Positions 42,736 through 58,620 of a stretch of 64,000 bases of DNA are shown here, piece by piece. A model generated the notes under the pieces. It searched no databases. It was not told where the DNA came from and saw only the letters and a program-made list of their open reading frames with translations. Position 1 is the first letter of the stretch. Each line of letters starts with the position of its first letter. The position numbers and the translations under genes were made by a program. Source of the stretch: Eledone cirrhosa (Eukaryota); NCBI GenBank assembly GCA_964016885.1, contig OZ024753.1:40486001-40550000 (forward strand), written 5' to 3'.

Positions 42736-42737
<2 letters not shown>
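42522..42737 (+). mobile_element. PLE-like 3' module with mutated HHR (CTAATGA-A-GGGC-ttat-GCCC-GAAACATCGTC at 42625-42655)
   Basis: Same architecture and similar downstream sequence as 45221-45382; G5>A core change; (TA)n on both sides. Confidence 0.6.
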
Positions 42738-42780
<43 letters not shown>

Positions 42781-43864
42781 CTGTCTGTCTGTCTGTATTC
42801 AGTTTTATTCTTTTTCTGTTCAGCAACATAGACCATCAATTGTTTCCTCGGATATATTATTGTTTTAAATTTCAACAATAAATTGATTAATGGATTAACA
42901 GATAAATTAATATTTATTTCTCTTCGTATGGATAGGAAACTTTCAGAACTATATACAGGGCAATTAATAGGAATATGTAACGTTCATGCCTGTTTCCCAC
43001 GACTATTAGCAGCATATCACAAATTATTACAGCTATACAAGGCCATTACAATAACAGAACTTAGCACAATTATTCAAGAATTACATTAATCGAGATTTCT
43101 TTTGTTTTGTAATTTTGTTTTTCACAATAAACAGAATTTTTTTTACTTTGTTTTGGATTTGTTTTTTAGTATCGGTTTTATTCTTTCCTTTCAATAATTA
43201 CAATAATTACATGATTACGTTTGATAAATATAAACACATGTCCAAGCACTTAATTAGTCTAATTAATAAGAGGAAAGTTGTATGTAGCCGTTTTGGACTA
43301 CCGTGGGAAGTTAAAAAATCGAAAGAAAAAAAAAACTTGTGCTTATTTAGCCCTAGGCCAGCTCTGAGCTAACAGTTCTATAATCCTATAATGAAAACCA
43401 TGGCCAGCTATGGTCTATTCCATCATAGTCTCAAGCATTTTGCCTTGAAATACTTTACATAAAACAGCCTGTTACGTATATCAGATTGTAAGAAGAGAAT
43501 TACGAGAGATGTGACTTATATTTCTAGCGTCACAGGCAAACACATAGTCATTCTGTTTTTGATTCCATTGTTATTTTCGTTTGGGTTACCAAGGACTGAA
43601 CTCTTAAATTTTTAGTTAAATATCTTATAGTAAATTTAGAGTATATATGGAATTTGAAATCATATTTTGTACCCGAAAGTCTGGATATTACTAGTGTATT
43701 GACACCGTGTAGCATTAAATGGCACAAAATAAGCATCATGAATTATATACAATAACTTTGCTCTTTGCTCTTTGAACTCTGCTGCTAGTGATCGAACTTT
43801 CTGGAGAGAGATATGTCGTGTTGATGCTCAGTCTGCAACTGGCGGAGTTTAGCGTCACAAGAAG

Positions 43865-43904
<40 letters not shown>

Positions 43905-44428
43905 CACTATATTGTGTTCAACTCTGTATGTGAAATATGCATGTGTGTGTGGTCGGTGAGTGTACATAATGAAAGATAGAGATCCAGAAATATATTATAT
44001 AGATATATAGATGAGTAGTTAGTTATCTTAGTAAATATAGTTCCACTGTAGCTAGAAAGATCCAAGCACATAAAACAGAAGGGAAACGCAGACATCAGTG
44101 CAATGGTTCTAGATTGTTGTTCCACACATGTTCCTGCCAAACTCTGCTGCTAAATCATTTACGAAAGTTTGGTTAATTACGTAGACCAGGAAGCATAGTT
44201 GCTATTACAATATCAAAACCACATGAAGGTAAATTCCTTAGTCAGCACAAAGAACAAACCTACACAGACACACCTACACACAGACCCACAGACACACATA
44301 CACACAGACCTAGACCTATATGTATATATATATATATATATGTTTGTGTGAGTGTTCATATTTGTATTTAAAGATATACATTCTCACACACACACACATA
44401 CATACACACACACACACACATACACACA

Positions 44429-44462
<34 letters not shown>

Positions 44463-44464
<2 letters not shown>

Positions 44465-44560
44465 GGGTGCCCCCAAAATGTATACACACTTTGAATACCT
44501 GCAGAGGCAATTTTTATTAAAAAGCTGTTGAGGTGAGCATACATTTTTTGGGACACCCTA
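44463..44560. mobile_element. Tc1/mariner-type MITE (~100 bp)
   Basis: TIR (C/T)AGGGTG(T/C)CCCAAAA in a TA context; homologues at 23720-23818, 59759-59832 and a partial copy at 57305-57340. Confidence 0.75.
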
Positions 44561-45172
44561 TATATATGTTGTGTGTGTTTGTGTGTGTATTTTTATATAT
44601 ATATACTTATAAGTAGAAACATATGAACCTCAGATGAATGTACGTATGTACGTTTCACTTTCTTCGCATCAGAGATCACAGACATTGTCTTTAACTCCTT
44701 TCCAGGTAGCTAGTCTGCTTTTTAATGGCTATCCGCCCGATTTACTAGTCTCAAGTTTCCATATTTATCTAATATGTGTATGAAACCGTAACTTGTGAAG
44801 GAGACGTAAGGAAGCCGAGGTGATATACAGCGAGTCTGATATGTTTTAAACCTAGTGGAGACGATCAATTTCCCAGGTCGTCATTTAGGATGTGACTACT
44901 AGATTTGAGAACAATAATCTAGACGAGTGTGTAAAAATGTCTCCACAGGACCAACACTATCTCTTAGTCTCTCTTTCTATATGGTGTGTATACATACAAA
45001 TACATACACTCACAGACATACATACACAAATATATGTGTATATGTGTGTGTGTATGCATGCCGGGTTCGTGTGTTATATATATATCCATTTATACCCCCC
45101 CCCCATATATATATATATATATATATATAGCTGTTGAAATGGCCGGAGTTCAGCCGTTGGGGTCCTGAATCT

Positions 45173-45223
<51 letters not shown>

Positions 45224-45259
45224 CGCCCATCCCCTCAATCTATCTTATTTCTCATTCTT

Positions 45260-45295
45260 TCTTCTGATGAAGGACTAGCGTCCGAAACGTTAAGA
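45260..45295 (+). ncRNA. Minimal type I hammerhead ribozyme (classic PLE pLTR form)
   Basis: TCTT-CTGATGA-A-GGAC(tagc)GTCC-GAAA-CG-TT^AAGA. Palindromic AACGTT stem III (dimer-type); lies in a pyrimidine-rich module 45221-45382 between (TA)n tracts. Confidence 0.75.
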
Positions 45296-45654
45296 CCCTC
45301 TTCCTGCTATATCAAACGTTAACCTAATATATCCCTTCCATATACTGTACTGATTGTGTTGTTATTTCTGTTTACCTTTTACATATATATATATATATAT
45401 ATATACATACCCATATATACATACATTTACAATTACACACATATATATATTCATGTTATGTATATATATGTATATATACATACATATTCATACATATTTA
45501 TACATAGTTACATATATATACGCGTGTTGATGTGTATATAGTTTAGTAGAACCGAAATAAGGTATAATATTTAAAACCAAATACCCCCAAAATGCATCGA
45601 AAACAAAAATACCACAATTCACATGCGTTAATTGTATGGAATCCAAAAAAGTTC

Positions 45655-46075
45655 GTAGAAACACACACACACACATATATATATACACACACATGCATGT
45701 ATACAAATATATATAGACATGTTATCATTTTAAAAATTTGTAGAAACACACACACACACATATATACACACACATGCATGTATACAAATATATATAGACA
45801 TGTTATCATTTTAAAAATTTGTAGAAACACACACACACACACACATATATATACACACACATGCATGTATACAAATATATATAGACATGTTATCATTTTA
45901 AAAATTTGTAGAAACACACACACACACACACATATATATACACACACATGCATGTATACAAATATATATAGACATGTTATCATTTAAAAAATGTGTAGAA
46001 ACACACACACACACACACACATATATATACACACACATGCATGTATACAAATATATATAGACATGTTATCATTTT
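45655..46075. repeat. ~83-bp tandem repeat x5
   Basis: gtagaaac(ac)n...gacatgttatcatttt repeated. Confidence 0.92.
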
Positions 46076-46472
46076 AACGTATTTCCCACACAATCTGCAG
46101 GCAGGCACTTCAGATTTGATGTTGTAACTATTTGTATATAACACATGATTCCGTTCCCCGCCACCGGAATGCCGTTTTGCACATGGCGCTTTCTTCTGTG
46201 AGAAGCTGCTAGCACTTGAATACGTCTAGTTTCAAATTTGAACCATCTGCATACGATTTTAAGCAATATATGCTATCAATCATTGTTTTGTCTTTTTTGT
46301 TGTTGTTGTTATCGGCTGGGGTGGTATGTTTTTGGCATAATTGGCAGAGTAAGAGACATACTAGCTTGAGATATTTAGGGATTAATCGTTATGTTTTAGG
46401 ATCAAATCCTACAAATGATCAACTATGTATTTTTGTATTACTGGTTCAACAGAATAAAACAGTAGGGATATA

Positions 46473-47050
46473 GTGGGTCTGATACACTCGATTATGCATG
46501 CATCTTTCTCTAACTCATAAATGAATCGTGGGGTGTCGTATTGACATACACCGTTTCTAGGGCATTTTGAAGCCTACCGGAGCTCATCTCACCTCTAAGT
46601 CGGAATATACCAGATTTCTTCCCGAGAAAGATGTGAGAGTGAGAGAATGGAAGTGAGAAAAATATGGAGGAAGAATCGGCCCCAGTACTAGACTGGTACT
46701 TCTTTTATCGACCTTGAATGGATGAAGTGGGTCTGATACACTCGACTACGCATGCATGTTTCCGTAGCTTCTAAGTGAATTGTGAGGGTGTTGTATTGAT
46801 ATACGGCATTTCTAGGGCATTTTGAAGCCTACTGGAGCCCATCTCACCTCTAAGTCTGAATAGAGCAAATTTATTCCAGAGAAAGATGTGAGGGTGTGAG
46901 AATGTGGGGAAAATATTGAGGAAGAATCGGCCCCAGTACTAAACTGGTACTTCTTTTATCGACCTTGAATGGATGAAGGGTAAAGTTGATCTCGGAGTGA
47001 GCAGAGAACCAAAACAAATAGCGCAAAACATTCCATGCGACGTTCCATGC
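46473..47050 (-). mobile_element. Old SINE subfamily with extended tail, ~254-bp tandem duplication
   Basis: gtgggtctgatacactcga at 46473 and 46727; related copy at ~33005-33300. Confidence 0.65.
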
Positions 47051-47717
47051 GATGTTTATGCCTATAGTAAAGCCCATACATGGTACAGAAACTAAATTAA
47101 TGCAACGTACGTGTGCTGGAGACTCAGAAGTTCAAGATTTGCGAACATATTGTAAAAGAAGTTAATTGTTAGATTCGTTTGAGCATTAGACTAAAGACTC
47201 TTTATATTCTGATTTATATATCCTTCCAAGGTCAATTTTGTTTATTCATCTTTCCGGAATGTAGCAACAATTCATTCCTAGTGTCCACTTAATTGTCTAC
47301 ACATCTGCAGCAACTTCCCAAAAGCTATGATTGTACTATAGAGCCTCGAATTCCTGCCCAATTGGACATATCCTGTGACAAAGCAAATTAGACAAAAATT
47401 GGAGCACATGTCAGCAGTATTGTACATGTCAATATTATATATGACAATATTATATATTTACTCAATGTGAAGATATTCCATTGTTACGATAATTCTTTGC
47501 TAAACTGTAGTAAACTATATTTCATACACATGCATTTTCCAATCACATACAAATTGCTCACATACGTTCTTAGGTATTGCGACTAAAAATTAACATATTC
47601 CTCCAAAGTATTAAAAGATTATCTAAGATACTGGAGAAAATTAGGGAGCATTCTAAATTAGCAGAAACATGTTTTATACATTTAGATGATAGCATAACCT
47701 TCTCAGCAAGTGTTTCT

Positions 47718-47834
47718 GGTGAAGCTAGAAATGTAAAGACCCCGTCATTGAAATATTGTTTTCCAGGATTTTAAGGGTGAAGCTAGAAATGTAAAGACCC
47801 CGTCATTGAAATATTGTTTTCCAGGATTTTAAGA
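47718..47834. repeat. 59-bp-period perfect tandem duplication
   Basis: ggtgaagctagaaatg...ggattttaag twice. Confidence 0.92.
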
Positions 47835-48932
47835 GTATCATGAGACCAGGCAACTACATTCCCCATCATGTATATGAAATTGGCTATTTTTTCTAAAGAC
47901 TGCATTCCAGCACTTTCATCTCCCGAAGGACAAAACTAATCAATTCTGGCTTATCAATTATACAACGAACTATCAAACACCAAATCCATATATCAGTTTG
48001 ACATTTCTTATATAAATATTTGCTACGTTCATCAGACTAACATAGAGCTAAATGGATGATATAAATTCAAGACAAACACTCTAACAGAGATTACAATATG
48101 AGGAATTCTGTGACATAGTAACATGGAAATGCTTAATGAGGTTTTAGAAAAAGCTACGGTCAGAAGCTCGCAAATGATTTCTAGTATTTGAAATAGAAAC
48201 ATGCGTCAAAGCATGGCATCCGACCCTCTACCGATACTGCCAATCCACCGCCTATTCAGTAATAATATCATCAAGATTACTGAAAAACATGGACAATTTA
48301 ACTGAGAATGATCTTGCCTTGAGGAAGAAGCAACAAGGCAAAGAGAAGTGTTCTGGAGGAGCTATATGCTACTGTGAATTGCTACTAGAAAGCAGGCTGG
48401 GAAATATAGATAATAATATATAGCATTCCTCAGAAGGAGATGAGTGTGCTCGGAAGATTCACAGCCTGGATCTTCATAATAGATGTAACTAATATCCTAC
48501 TTCTCACCGCTACATTTCATGTGAGTTAACAGTAAGTAGACAAATGTAAGCGTGATTCAAGTTGATTCATTTAACCTGTTTCATAATTTTATAGATAAAA
48601 ACAAAAGAATAAGGCAAACAAAATCATGAGATCTTAGTTAAGCTTTTCAAAATTTATCATAACTTTAGATCACAATGTAAAACATCATATTGTGCGATGT
48701 TATCTGATGTTGTTAAGTGCTTTCCTCCAGGGTGTGACAGCTAGTCAAAGGATTTTTCAGTCGTTTGCTGATATCTAGTACTTTCGTTTTTGTTCACATC
48801 GCTGTTAAAAATAGCCTATCAAATTTGTATTTCTATTTATGCTGTTATAATTACTCTGAATTGTGCTGTTTCGTTTAGCGCTGCGCTCTTTTTACGAAGA
48901 TATCTAGAGCGCTAAGCAAAATATTACTGCTT

Positions 48933-49600
<668 letters not shown>

Positions 49601-49957
49601 TGTGTGTATGTGTTTATGCAATGTGTGTGATAGTATTATTCCCAACAGATGTTGGTACTTAAGATATTCAGATAAATTAGAGAAAACAGTTGTTGCTAAT
49701 GTTTCATTTTCCCCATTACATTTTCTTGTAACTCTTGACTTCTTTCCTTTGTCTTTCCTTCCATTATATCCTTCCATTCTCTCTTTATCCTTCCTTTCTC
49801 ACTTTATCCTTCCATTCTCTCTTTATATATTTCAACCACGCTTTGTTTTCTTTCGCACTCGCTGTCTTTCTGTCTGGCTGTCTGTCTGTCTTTTTAACTA
49901 CTCTCTCTCTCTGTCTCTGTCTCTCTCTCTGTCTGTCTCTCTCTCTTACTCTCTCTT

Positions 49958-49989
<32 letters not shown>

Positions 49990-50399
49990 TCGCTATATAT
50001 ATATATATGCAATCTGTATATCTCTCTTATGCAATCTGTATATCTCTCTTGTTTTCGTACTGACACTCTTTCTATCTATCTCTCTCTTTCAACCTCTTTT
50101 TCTTTCTTTCTTAATTTTTTCCTTTTTATCCTTTCTTTTTTTCTTTCTTCCTTCCTTCCTATCTTTCTTTCGTTCTTTCTTTCTTTCTTTCTTTCTTTCT
50201 TTAATTTTCTCTCTCTCTCTCTTTTTTTTCATTTTCCTTATATTTCATTCATTCTATTTTCTTTCTTTCTGACAAATTTCTTTCTCACATTCTGTCTGTC
50301 AGTCTGTCTGTCTGTCTGTCTTCTCTTACTTGTATGTTTTCTTCTTCCGTCTATTCCCTTCCTTCATTAATTTCCTTCGGTCTCTCTCTCTCTCTGAAG

Positions 50400-50935
50400 A
50401 TATCACTTCATACCTCCTGTGGATATCAGTGGGGTATTTAGTAGATATCATCGAGTATATTAATGCATATATCAGTAAATATCTCTGTGAATGTTAGATA
50501 TCCCTGTGAATACCAGTAAATATCTCACTGTGAATATCAATGGGTATCCTTGTAATTATCAGGGAATATCTCTCTGGATATTATTATATATTCCTGTGAA
50601 TACCAGTGAATATCAATCAGGGTGTTAGTGGATATCACTCAGGGTATTAATGCATATTCCTGTGGATAGCAGTGGATATCCCTGTGAATATATTTGTAGA
50701 TAACTTTGAAGATATCAGTGTGGTTATAAATGTGAGTATATCACTGACTACTTTATTGTAGATATAAGTGTGGATATCACTATCGCAGATATTATGGTTA
50801 TCAGTGGGTCTCATTTGGGTTATTGTTGTGTATATATAACTCTGACAACAACACTGGATATCATTGAAGATATCAGCGGGGATTTGTGTGGCGATAACAT
50901 GAGGATATTCATGTGGATATTAGTGAATATCGTTG
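50400..50935. repeat. Degenerate gtg(g/a)atatc minisatellite
   Basis: Recurrent gtggatatc/gtgaatatc motif. Confidence 0.75.
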
Positions 50936-51264
50936 CGTAGATCATATTTCTTAAAAGATCGAAAAGAGCCCAGAACTCATTCGCTTACTCTGTGGTGTGG
51001 ATCTCATCAAACGGGACCAAGAAACAATATTTCCCTTGGTCTTTCCCTTGCTGATATTATCTAATGGTCGCACCTCCTGGCAGAAGGAGCAACGTGAAAT
51101 AAAGTATCTTGCTGAAGGTCATAACGCATTGCCTGATCTGAGAATCGAATTCGCAACCTCAGGATCGCGAATCCAATTCCCTATATATGAAGCCACGTGC
51201 CTTCATGTTCTGTGCTTTCTCGTGGACTTAGTCATTGTTTACAATTAATGGTATTGTGGATAAT

Positions 51265-51558
51265 AATTGTTTCTACAAGGCCAGCAATACCTAGTGCATT
51301 ACTGGTACTTTATTTTATCGACCACGTAAGGATGAAAGGCAAAGTTAACCTCGACGGGGTCTAAGTTTAATTATTTCTACTTTTGGCACAAGGCCAGCAA
51401 TTACCCAGTGCATTTCTGGTACTTTATTTTATCGACCCCGTAAGGATGAAAGGCAAAGTTAAGCTCGACGGGATTTGAACTCAGAATGGCAAGGGCCGTA
51501 ACTCTATGCGTCAAAGCATGGTGTATAACCCTCTACCGATGTTGCCAATCCAACGCCC
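51265..51558 (-). mobile_element. SINE plus duplicated 3' half
   Basis: Reverse complement of the family consensus. Confidence 0.85.
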
Positions 51559-52435
51559 TTGTTGTGGATAATAAAAATAATAATGATGATGAAAGAAAGG
51601 ATTGCAGCTGTGGGGGTTGGTGTTGGTGATAATGTTGTTGGTGTTAATGATGAGGATGGTGGAAGACTGTGGCTGATGTGATCGTAGTGGTGGTTGCCTG
51701 GTGCTGATGATAATGATGCTGATGTGGTTGATGTAGATGAGGTGGTGGCGAATTTGTTTAACACGAATTCCTGTTGCGTGATTCTTGGAGTCAAAAGGTG
51801 TGATGCGGACGAATTTTTTTTTGTCGGCTTTGTTTTGTGTTGTTGTTGTGTTTGTTGTTGTTGTTGTTGTTGTTGTTGTATTGTAGTCACTGGGAAGAAG
51901 TGTTTATGTTATTATTACGTTTTAGTGGTTGAGACATCAAGTAATACAAGAGGAGGAGTAATATATGTATCGTGTGGGCTTGAGAATGTGTGGTACACAG
52001 CTTGCTAATTCATAAAGAATAAACAGATGTTGTAGGAGAAATGGTAGAAGAGAACATGACCAAATGTTAAAAAGTTGGCTTCGTAATCACGAGACTCCAC
52101 AGTATTTTCGGCAATTGTATTTTGTCATAGCCTCCAGTCAACTTAAGCGCTGTAAGTGAAATTGTGTAGAGAGAAACTGTGTATAAACCCAACTAATGTT
52201 CCTTAAACTGGAATTTAAATGTCCAGGCACTGTCATGCTGATTCTGCCTGTCGTTTAAGTTATGCTTAAAAGCTTCTGTGGAATACTCAGGCACTCGCAA
52301 GCTAATTCAATGAGAAGGCTGCTCAGTTTTATCGCAACTGGCTACTCATAGTTAGAAACGACGCATATCCCTTGCGTCACATGTATCATAGAATGAAAGA
52401 GAAATACATACACACATAAATAAAGGAAGGAAGGA

Positions 52436-52490
<55 letters not shown>

Positions 52491-52494
<4 letters not shown>

Positions 52495-52750
52495 ATATTA
52501 ATAAATGGAAACTATATTTATAAAACCATATTTATTTTATTATACATATTTCAAGGGCAACCAAGGCAAATTATGGTGCGCTTTCATCAGATAAAATACA
52601 GATTTGTTTTATAAATAAATATTGACATACCCGGAAAAAAAGCCAAGCTTAACGGTTGGAGCTTCGGAAGCCTTGGTTGCCCTTGAAATATGTATAATAA
52701 AATAAATATTGTTTTATAAATATTGTTTCCATTTATTAATATATTGTATA
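52491..52750. repeat. Inverted repeat (~77-bp arms) of an HHR module
   Basis: 52491-52567 pairs with 52670-52750. Confidence 0.9.
52533..52598 (-). ncRNA. Type I hammerhead ribozyme (TATTTTAT family) in fold-back element
   Basis: Reverse strand reads TATTTTAT-CTGATGA-AAGCGCACCA(taatttgcct)TGGTTGCCCTT-GAAA-TATGTA-TA^ATAAAATA. Confidence 0.75.
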
Positions 52751-52848
52751 TTTATTTTACTAACTGTTGAGTGCTTTATATCAGTTATAAAACATTTAAA
52801 ATTAAATATAACCTCTGCATATATATATAATTATATATATATATATAG

Positions 52849-53038
52849 GAAAAAAGTCAGGACCCCGATGGGTGAGCTCCGGCCGTTTCGACAGCTATTT
52901 CTGAACTGAACTAGCCATCGAAACAGCTTGAGCTCTGCCGTCGTGGTCAAACTTTTTCCTATTACCCACTCTACTACCCTAAGTATTGAGTACTCTGGTG
53001 CGTTATGGTCCACCTGGTTCCTTACCACACTCCCTTCA
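52849..53038 (+). mobile_element. Family 'A' fold-back copy
   Basis: Same inverted-repeat plus tail organisation as 17138-17333; (TA)n flanks. Confidence 0.75.
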
Positions 53039-54221
53039 TTATATATATATACATATGTGTGTGTCTGTGTGTGTATATTGACTGAGAGTGAGAGAGAGAG
53101 AGGAGAAGGATGATAATGATGACGAGGAGGGAGAAGGAGGAAGATTTCGAAGATCTATATTAATGCATGTTTATTAGGTGTGCATTAACCCATGTCCCCT
53201 TCCTTTTATCACAGGGCCATCGATGGTTAAATGTCTTCGTTTGCTTTGTCAAGTCTTGTAACTTTGGCAACGTCTATATACTTCTTTGAAACAAACCGTG
53301 AATATTTTGAACTTCCATCAACATTATGAGGTTGACTTTGCCTTTCATCCTTACGGAGTCGATAAAATAAAGTACCAGTAATGTACTGGGGTAATTGATG
53401 GCCTTGTGCCTAAAGTAGAAACAATTGTTTATTCAAAGTAATCCAACTTATTTTACAAACGGGATAAAAACATATATTCTGGACGCAGACCCACACTCCT
53501 TACTTTATTATTGTTTAGATTACTATCAGTGTTTTGTTTAGACACGTGTATGACCAAACATGTTTGTATTTTAACATCATACTCTTCAAAAACACTCGCT
53601 ACTGAAGCATCAGGCCTTAACGTGAATATAAGTTTCAGCTTCTGGTTCACAGACTAAGTAACAAGCTTCTTATAATTACTCTCCTTTGTGTCGGGATAAA
53701 AGACGTTTAAATATACCAAATCATTGAAATATCAACGTAAATTACAGGGCAAACCAAGTTAGGTTTTATTGCATATAATGGCCATTATCACAATGTGCAT
53801 TGCGCTGGTGTGGTTACTACTAGTTTGCTATAAGTGTTACTCAAAAAATGAGCTTACAAATTAATGATCCTTTGATCTGAAAAGATCTAAATTTTCTCCC
53901 AGTCTGGAGTTAATCAACAAACATCATCATCAACAACAACAACCACTACTACTAATGTTTCTGCTGCTGTAGTAGTGGTGGTAGTAGTAGTAGTAGTAAT
54001 GGTGGTGGTAGTAGTAGTAGTTGTAGTAATATTACTGTTACTGGACGTGCTTATATTTTTGTTTGTGAATGTGTGTATTTGTATTAATGTATACATATAT
54101 ATATATATATATATATAATGTGTGTGTTTGTGTGTATATATGTATGTGTGTGTGTATATATATATTTATGTGTGTGCGTGTGTGTGTGTGTTAAGTACAT
54201 TTCACTTTCCTTTCAACTGTT

Positions 54222-54297
<76 letters not shown>

Positions 54298-54553
54298 GAT
54301 ATTTAATAGTACTGTGTAATTATTGATTATATGTTTCGTCATCGAGATATTGGCAGATGAGAAATTAGTTGCCATATAAAACCCATCTCTAATAGCCAGA
54401 CATACTCTTTGTTCTCTCACTGCTTCTTAAACATCTACAGCATTGTCGTTTGCTGTTTAGTCGTTGTCTGTATTGTGGTATATCCACTCACCCATCTTTC
54501 TTTCTCTCGCTAACATCTCTACGAACCAATAACTCTGCTACCCTTTACATTAA

Positions 54554-55031
54554 ATAGCAGAAAAACCACCCTTCGGGAATGTTTTCTGTTAGCATATGTG
54601 TATATTGATATTATACGCAAGTATATATACATGTAGATATGATACATCAAATAAAATCGTAATTGACAATATACACAGAAATTGAACGAAGACTGCGTTA
54701 CACTGTCTTATGTAATCAGTAACGTAATCCACGATACATTAAAAAAAGACAATATTATATATAAACTGCATTAGGAGAAAATTAGTGACGGAAATATATG
54801 AATGTTTATTTAAGCGATCGCTAACCGGAAGTGTTGACATTTGAAATTTTTCAAGAAGTGAATCTTTAAATAAGCAATAAAATATATTAATCAAAAGCTA
54901 CGAAATTTAGCAGATAAATTATGTAATATTCATTAATTATTTATTCAAAGTAATCCAACTTATTTTACAAATGGGATAAAAAATTATATTCTGGACGCAG
55001 TCCCGCAACCCTTTCTTTATTATAGTTAAGA
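54554..55031 (-). mobile_element. Non-autonomous Helitron-like element (~480 bp)
   Basis: 5' A|TCTTAACTATAATAAAG; 3' hairpin (aacagaaaac...gtttttctg) ending CTAT|T; no TSD; ~480-bp homology to 41545-42062. Confidence 0.65.
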
Positions 55032-55693
55032 TACAATCTTATTCAGAACGTTGTATCTCTGTAATTCATTCCATGCATATCTTTTTTTAAAGCCGTCAAC
55101 TTAGAAATGTACAAAGGACAGTTAACCACTTCGATCGCAGTGGTTTTCCGCTAACGCCAAAAGCAGAACCTCTTTTTTCGGACCACATAAATAATAAAAA
55201 AAAAACCATTAACCTTTTCGTTACCATATTTCTAATAATAATATGTTGCAACTACTATTATTTCCAAAACTGTAGGTTAGAATGTAACCGAAAATTGGCT
55301 CTTAAATAAAATCATAGTGGAATGATTTAATTTAAATAGGATTTGTTTAAACAGAATATTTTGTATCATAAACATCATAATGTTAGCAACAGAGACCGGA
55401 TATAAAATATAAGTCACCAAAGCTGTCAACAGGGCTAGGCAAAATATGAAATGTATGCCTAATTTCAAACAGTGTATGACATTTTAATATTTAATGTTAA
55501 CTGCCTATGATGTATGTATGAGGTAAGAGTATATACATGTTCAATTAGTCTACATGTTCTTCGTCTCGGCTTCAGTTCTGGTCTGCCCTGATAAGAAAAC
55601 AAATGCGCCTTTCATATGATCTGATAACTCGTGGTATCTTCAACCACTTTTACTTCATGTCCCTTATCATTCTTATCCTTATTTTCAAATAAT

Positions 55694-56458
55694 GTATCGG
55701 ATTTGACGCCATGCTTTGCAGCAAAGAGTTACGGCCCTTTATGATCTGAGTTCAAATCCCGCCGAGGTATACTTTGCCTTTCATTCCTTACGGGGTCGAT
55801 AAAATAAAGCGCCAGTAATACACTGGGATAATTGCTGGCCTTGTGCCAAAAGTAGAAACAATTATCATCCAATATAAAAAAAAATCATTATCACTTTTGC
55901 TATTATTGTTTTTTTTTGGCTGAATTGAGCAGAAGATTTTTATCCGTGAAACTTCTTATTCTTATCATCAGATGTATTGGATGTAAGACATTATTCATCC
56001 TCTCTAACGTGTTAGACACATTGATTATATGGTATTATTGTGGATTGGCAGTATCGGTAGAGAGTCGGACGTCATGCTTTGAAGCATAGAGTTACGTCCC
56101 TTTATGATCTGAGTTCAAATCCCGCCGAGGTTAACTTTGCCTTTCATCCTTACGGGGTCGATAAAATAAAGTACCAGTAATGTACTGGTTAATTGCTGGT
56201 CTTGTGCCAAAAGTAGAAACAATTATTTGAGTGAAACAGGGCGGTGGATTGGCAGTATCGGTAGAATGTCGGACGCGATGCTTTGCAGTAACAAGTTACG
56301 GCCCTTTATGATCTGAGTTTAAATCCCGCTGAGGTAAACTTTGCCTTTCATCCTTACAGGGTCGATAACATAAAGTACCAGTCATGCTCTGGGGTTGATT
56401 AAATCGACTTTCTCCTCCCCCAAAGTGCTGGCCTTGTGCTTCTATAAGAAACCATTAT
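55694..56458 (+). mobile_element. Three SINE copies (55694-55862, 56040-56222, 56240-56455)
   Basis: Family consensus; the last copy has TSD ttatt(t/g)gagtgaaaca. Confidence 0.85.
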
Positions 56459-57012
56459 TGGAGTGAAACATAACTTATAATCATAGAAAGTCTTGTGGTT
56501 GTATATAACTCTACTTGTCTACACTCGTTGATATTGCTATTTATTTTAAAGTCAAATTTAATCCCAATAGAATTTGAACTTAGAGAGCAGCGAGTTGAAA
56601 TCGCAAATATTCTACACGATATTATATATTTTCTGTAGAAAAGAAGAAAAAAAAAAAAAAAATGAAAATCTTGTTTTTCTACTTCGTAAGTGGGTGTGAG
56701 TCGGTAACTATAGATTACAAACGTATTTTATTTACTGAAATATTTTAATTTCTACTTGTTGATTGATGATAAAATTCAAGTTCGTTTGATCCCGGAAAAC
56801 AACTCACATACAAATGAGCGAGCGTACAAACAGATATACCGACACAAATACACATAGACACACACAAACATACATGCAAACAAGCAACACACACACACAC
56901 AAGCAACACACACACACATACAAGCACCCTCTCACACACAAACACACATTTTTGTCGCTTTCTCCAATTTAATTTACTTTATCGCTCTTTTCTCCTTACA
57001 AGAATAGACACA

Positions 57013-57071
<59 letters not shown>

Positions 57072-57334
57072 AGAAAGAGGAATTTACAGAGAAATGCATA
57101 CACTTACACATTGAAACTAGTATTTTCTCAATACTAAAGATACTAAGTGCTTTTCAACTAACATTTTGTGGAATGTTGACTGTTTGTTAATGTGTGTTCT
57201 TATAAATATGTTTACGTGAATGTGTGATACATGATAAAACATTACAAACAAACACACACATATGTATATATGTGTGTCTTTGTTTATGTATATATATATA
57301 ATACATATTGAAGTGTGTATACATTTTCAGAGAC

Positions 57335-57378
<44 letters not shown>

Positions 57379-57394
57379 GACATACATATATATA

Positions 57395-57439
<45 letters not shown>

Positions 57440-57694
57440 ACATATATATAATTGAGTAAAATGACAGCCGCCTCTCATTTTACTCAATAATAATTAACTC
57501 CGTTCTCGTACGACCAACAAGATTCAACGTAAACGAAGATGGATGAGTTGCATTACGTCGAGTCCTTTTCCTCATATTACATCACTGTTGACTATACGGA
57601 ATGACCGGTTCTATCCAGTGATGAACCAACAAACCAAAATGAATATATATTTATATATATATAAGCTGCTATTTAAGAGCTTAAGCAAGGGCCG

Positions 57695-57745
<51 letters not shown>

Positions 57746-57783
57746 CTATTCAAGAGCTTAAGCAAGGAGCCTTTATATATATA

Positions 57784-57828
<45 letters not shown>

Positions 57829-58149
57829 TTGCCACAATCCTTCTTTGTAAATCTCTCTAAAAATAAAACATAATTAGTCTCTTAGTTAATTCTTCATATA
57901 ATTTCCTCCACTTACTCATGGATCTTTTTCTTCTTCCTCATTATTCATTGATCCTTTTTCTTTCTTTTTGTAATTTATATCGTTAGCCGTTTCTTTGTTA
58001 TATTAGTTAAACTGACATATGGAACAGACGGAGAATAGGGAGATAATGAAAAAAAAATTAGTCAACAAAACAAACCAACACAGAATCAATGAACAGTTTA
58101 GAATTAGAAAAGTAAATACAAACAACACGGAAAATAATATATAAAATAT

Positions 58150-58620
58150 CTGTATCGCACACATAGACAGATTACACACACACACACAGATCGCACACAT
58201 AGACAGACCACACACACACACACACAGATCACACACATAGACAGATCACACACACACACACACAGATCGCACACATAGACAGACCACACACACACACAGA
58301 TCGCACACATAGACAGATTACACACACACACACAGATCGCACACATAGACAGACCACACACACACACACACACACACAGATCGCACACATAGACATATCA
58401 CACACACACACACACACACAGATCGCACACATAGACAGATCACACACACAAACACACAGATCGCACACATAGACAGATCACACACACACACACACAGATC
58501 GCACACATAGACAGATCACACACACACACACACAGATCGCTCACATAGACAGATCACACACACAGACAGAACACACTCACAGACTGACAGACAGACCCAC
58601 ACAGACAGATCATACACATA
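58150..58620. repeat. Minisatellite cagatcgcacacatagacaga(t)ca(ca)n
   Basis: About 11 units. Confidence 0.92.

Noticed and set aside
44630-44680. HHR-like motif on - strand (CTGATGC...GAAACGTA-ca-TACGTA)
   Set aside because: A9 is mutated, and stems I and II do not pair.
47100-48170. 1-kb higher-complexity stretch, possibly a decayed transposon ORF
   Set aside because: Multiple stops in the frames examined and no motif could be assigned by eye.
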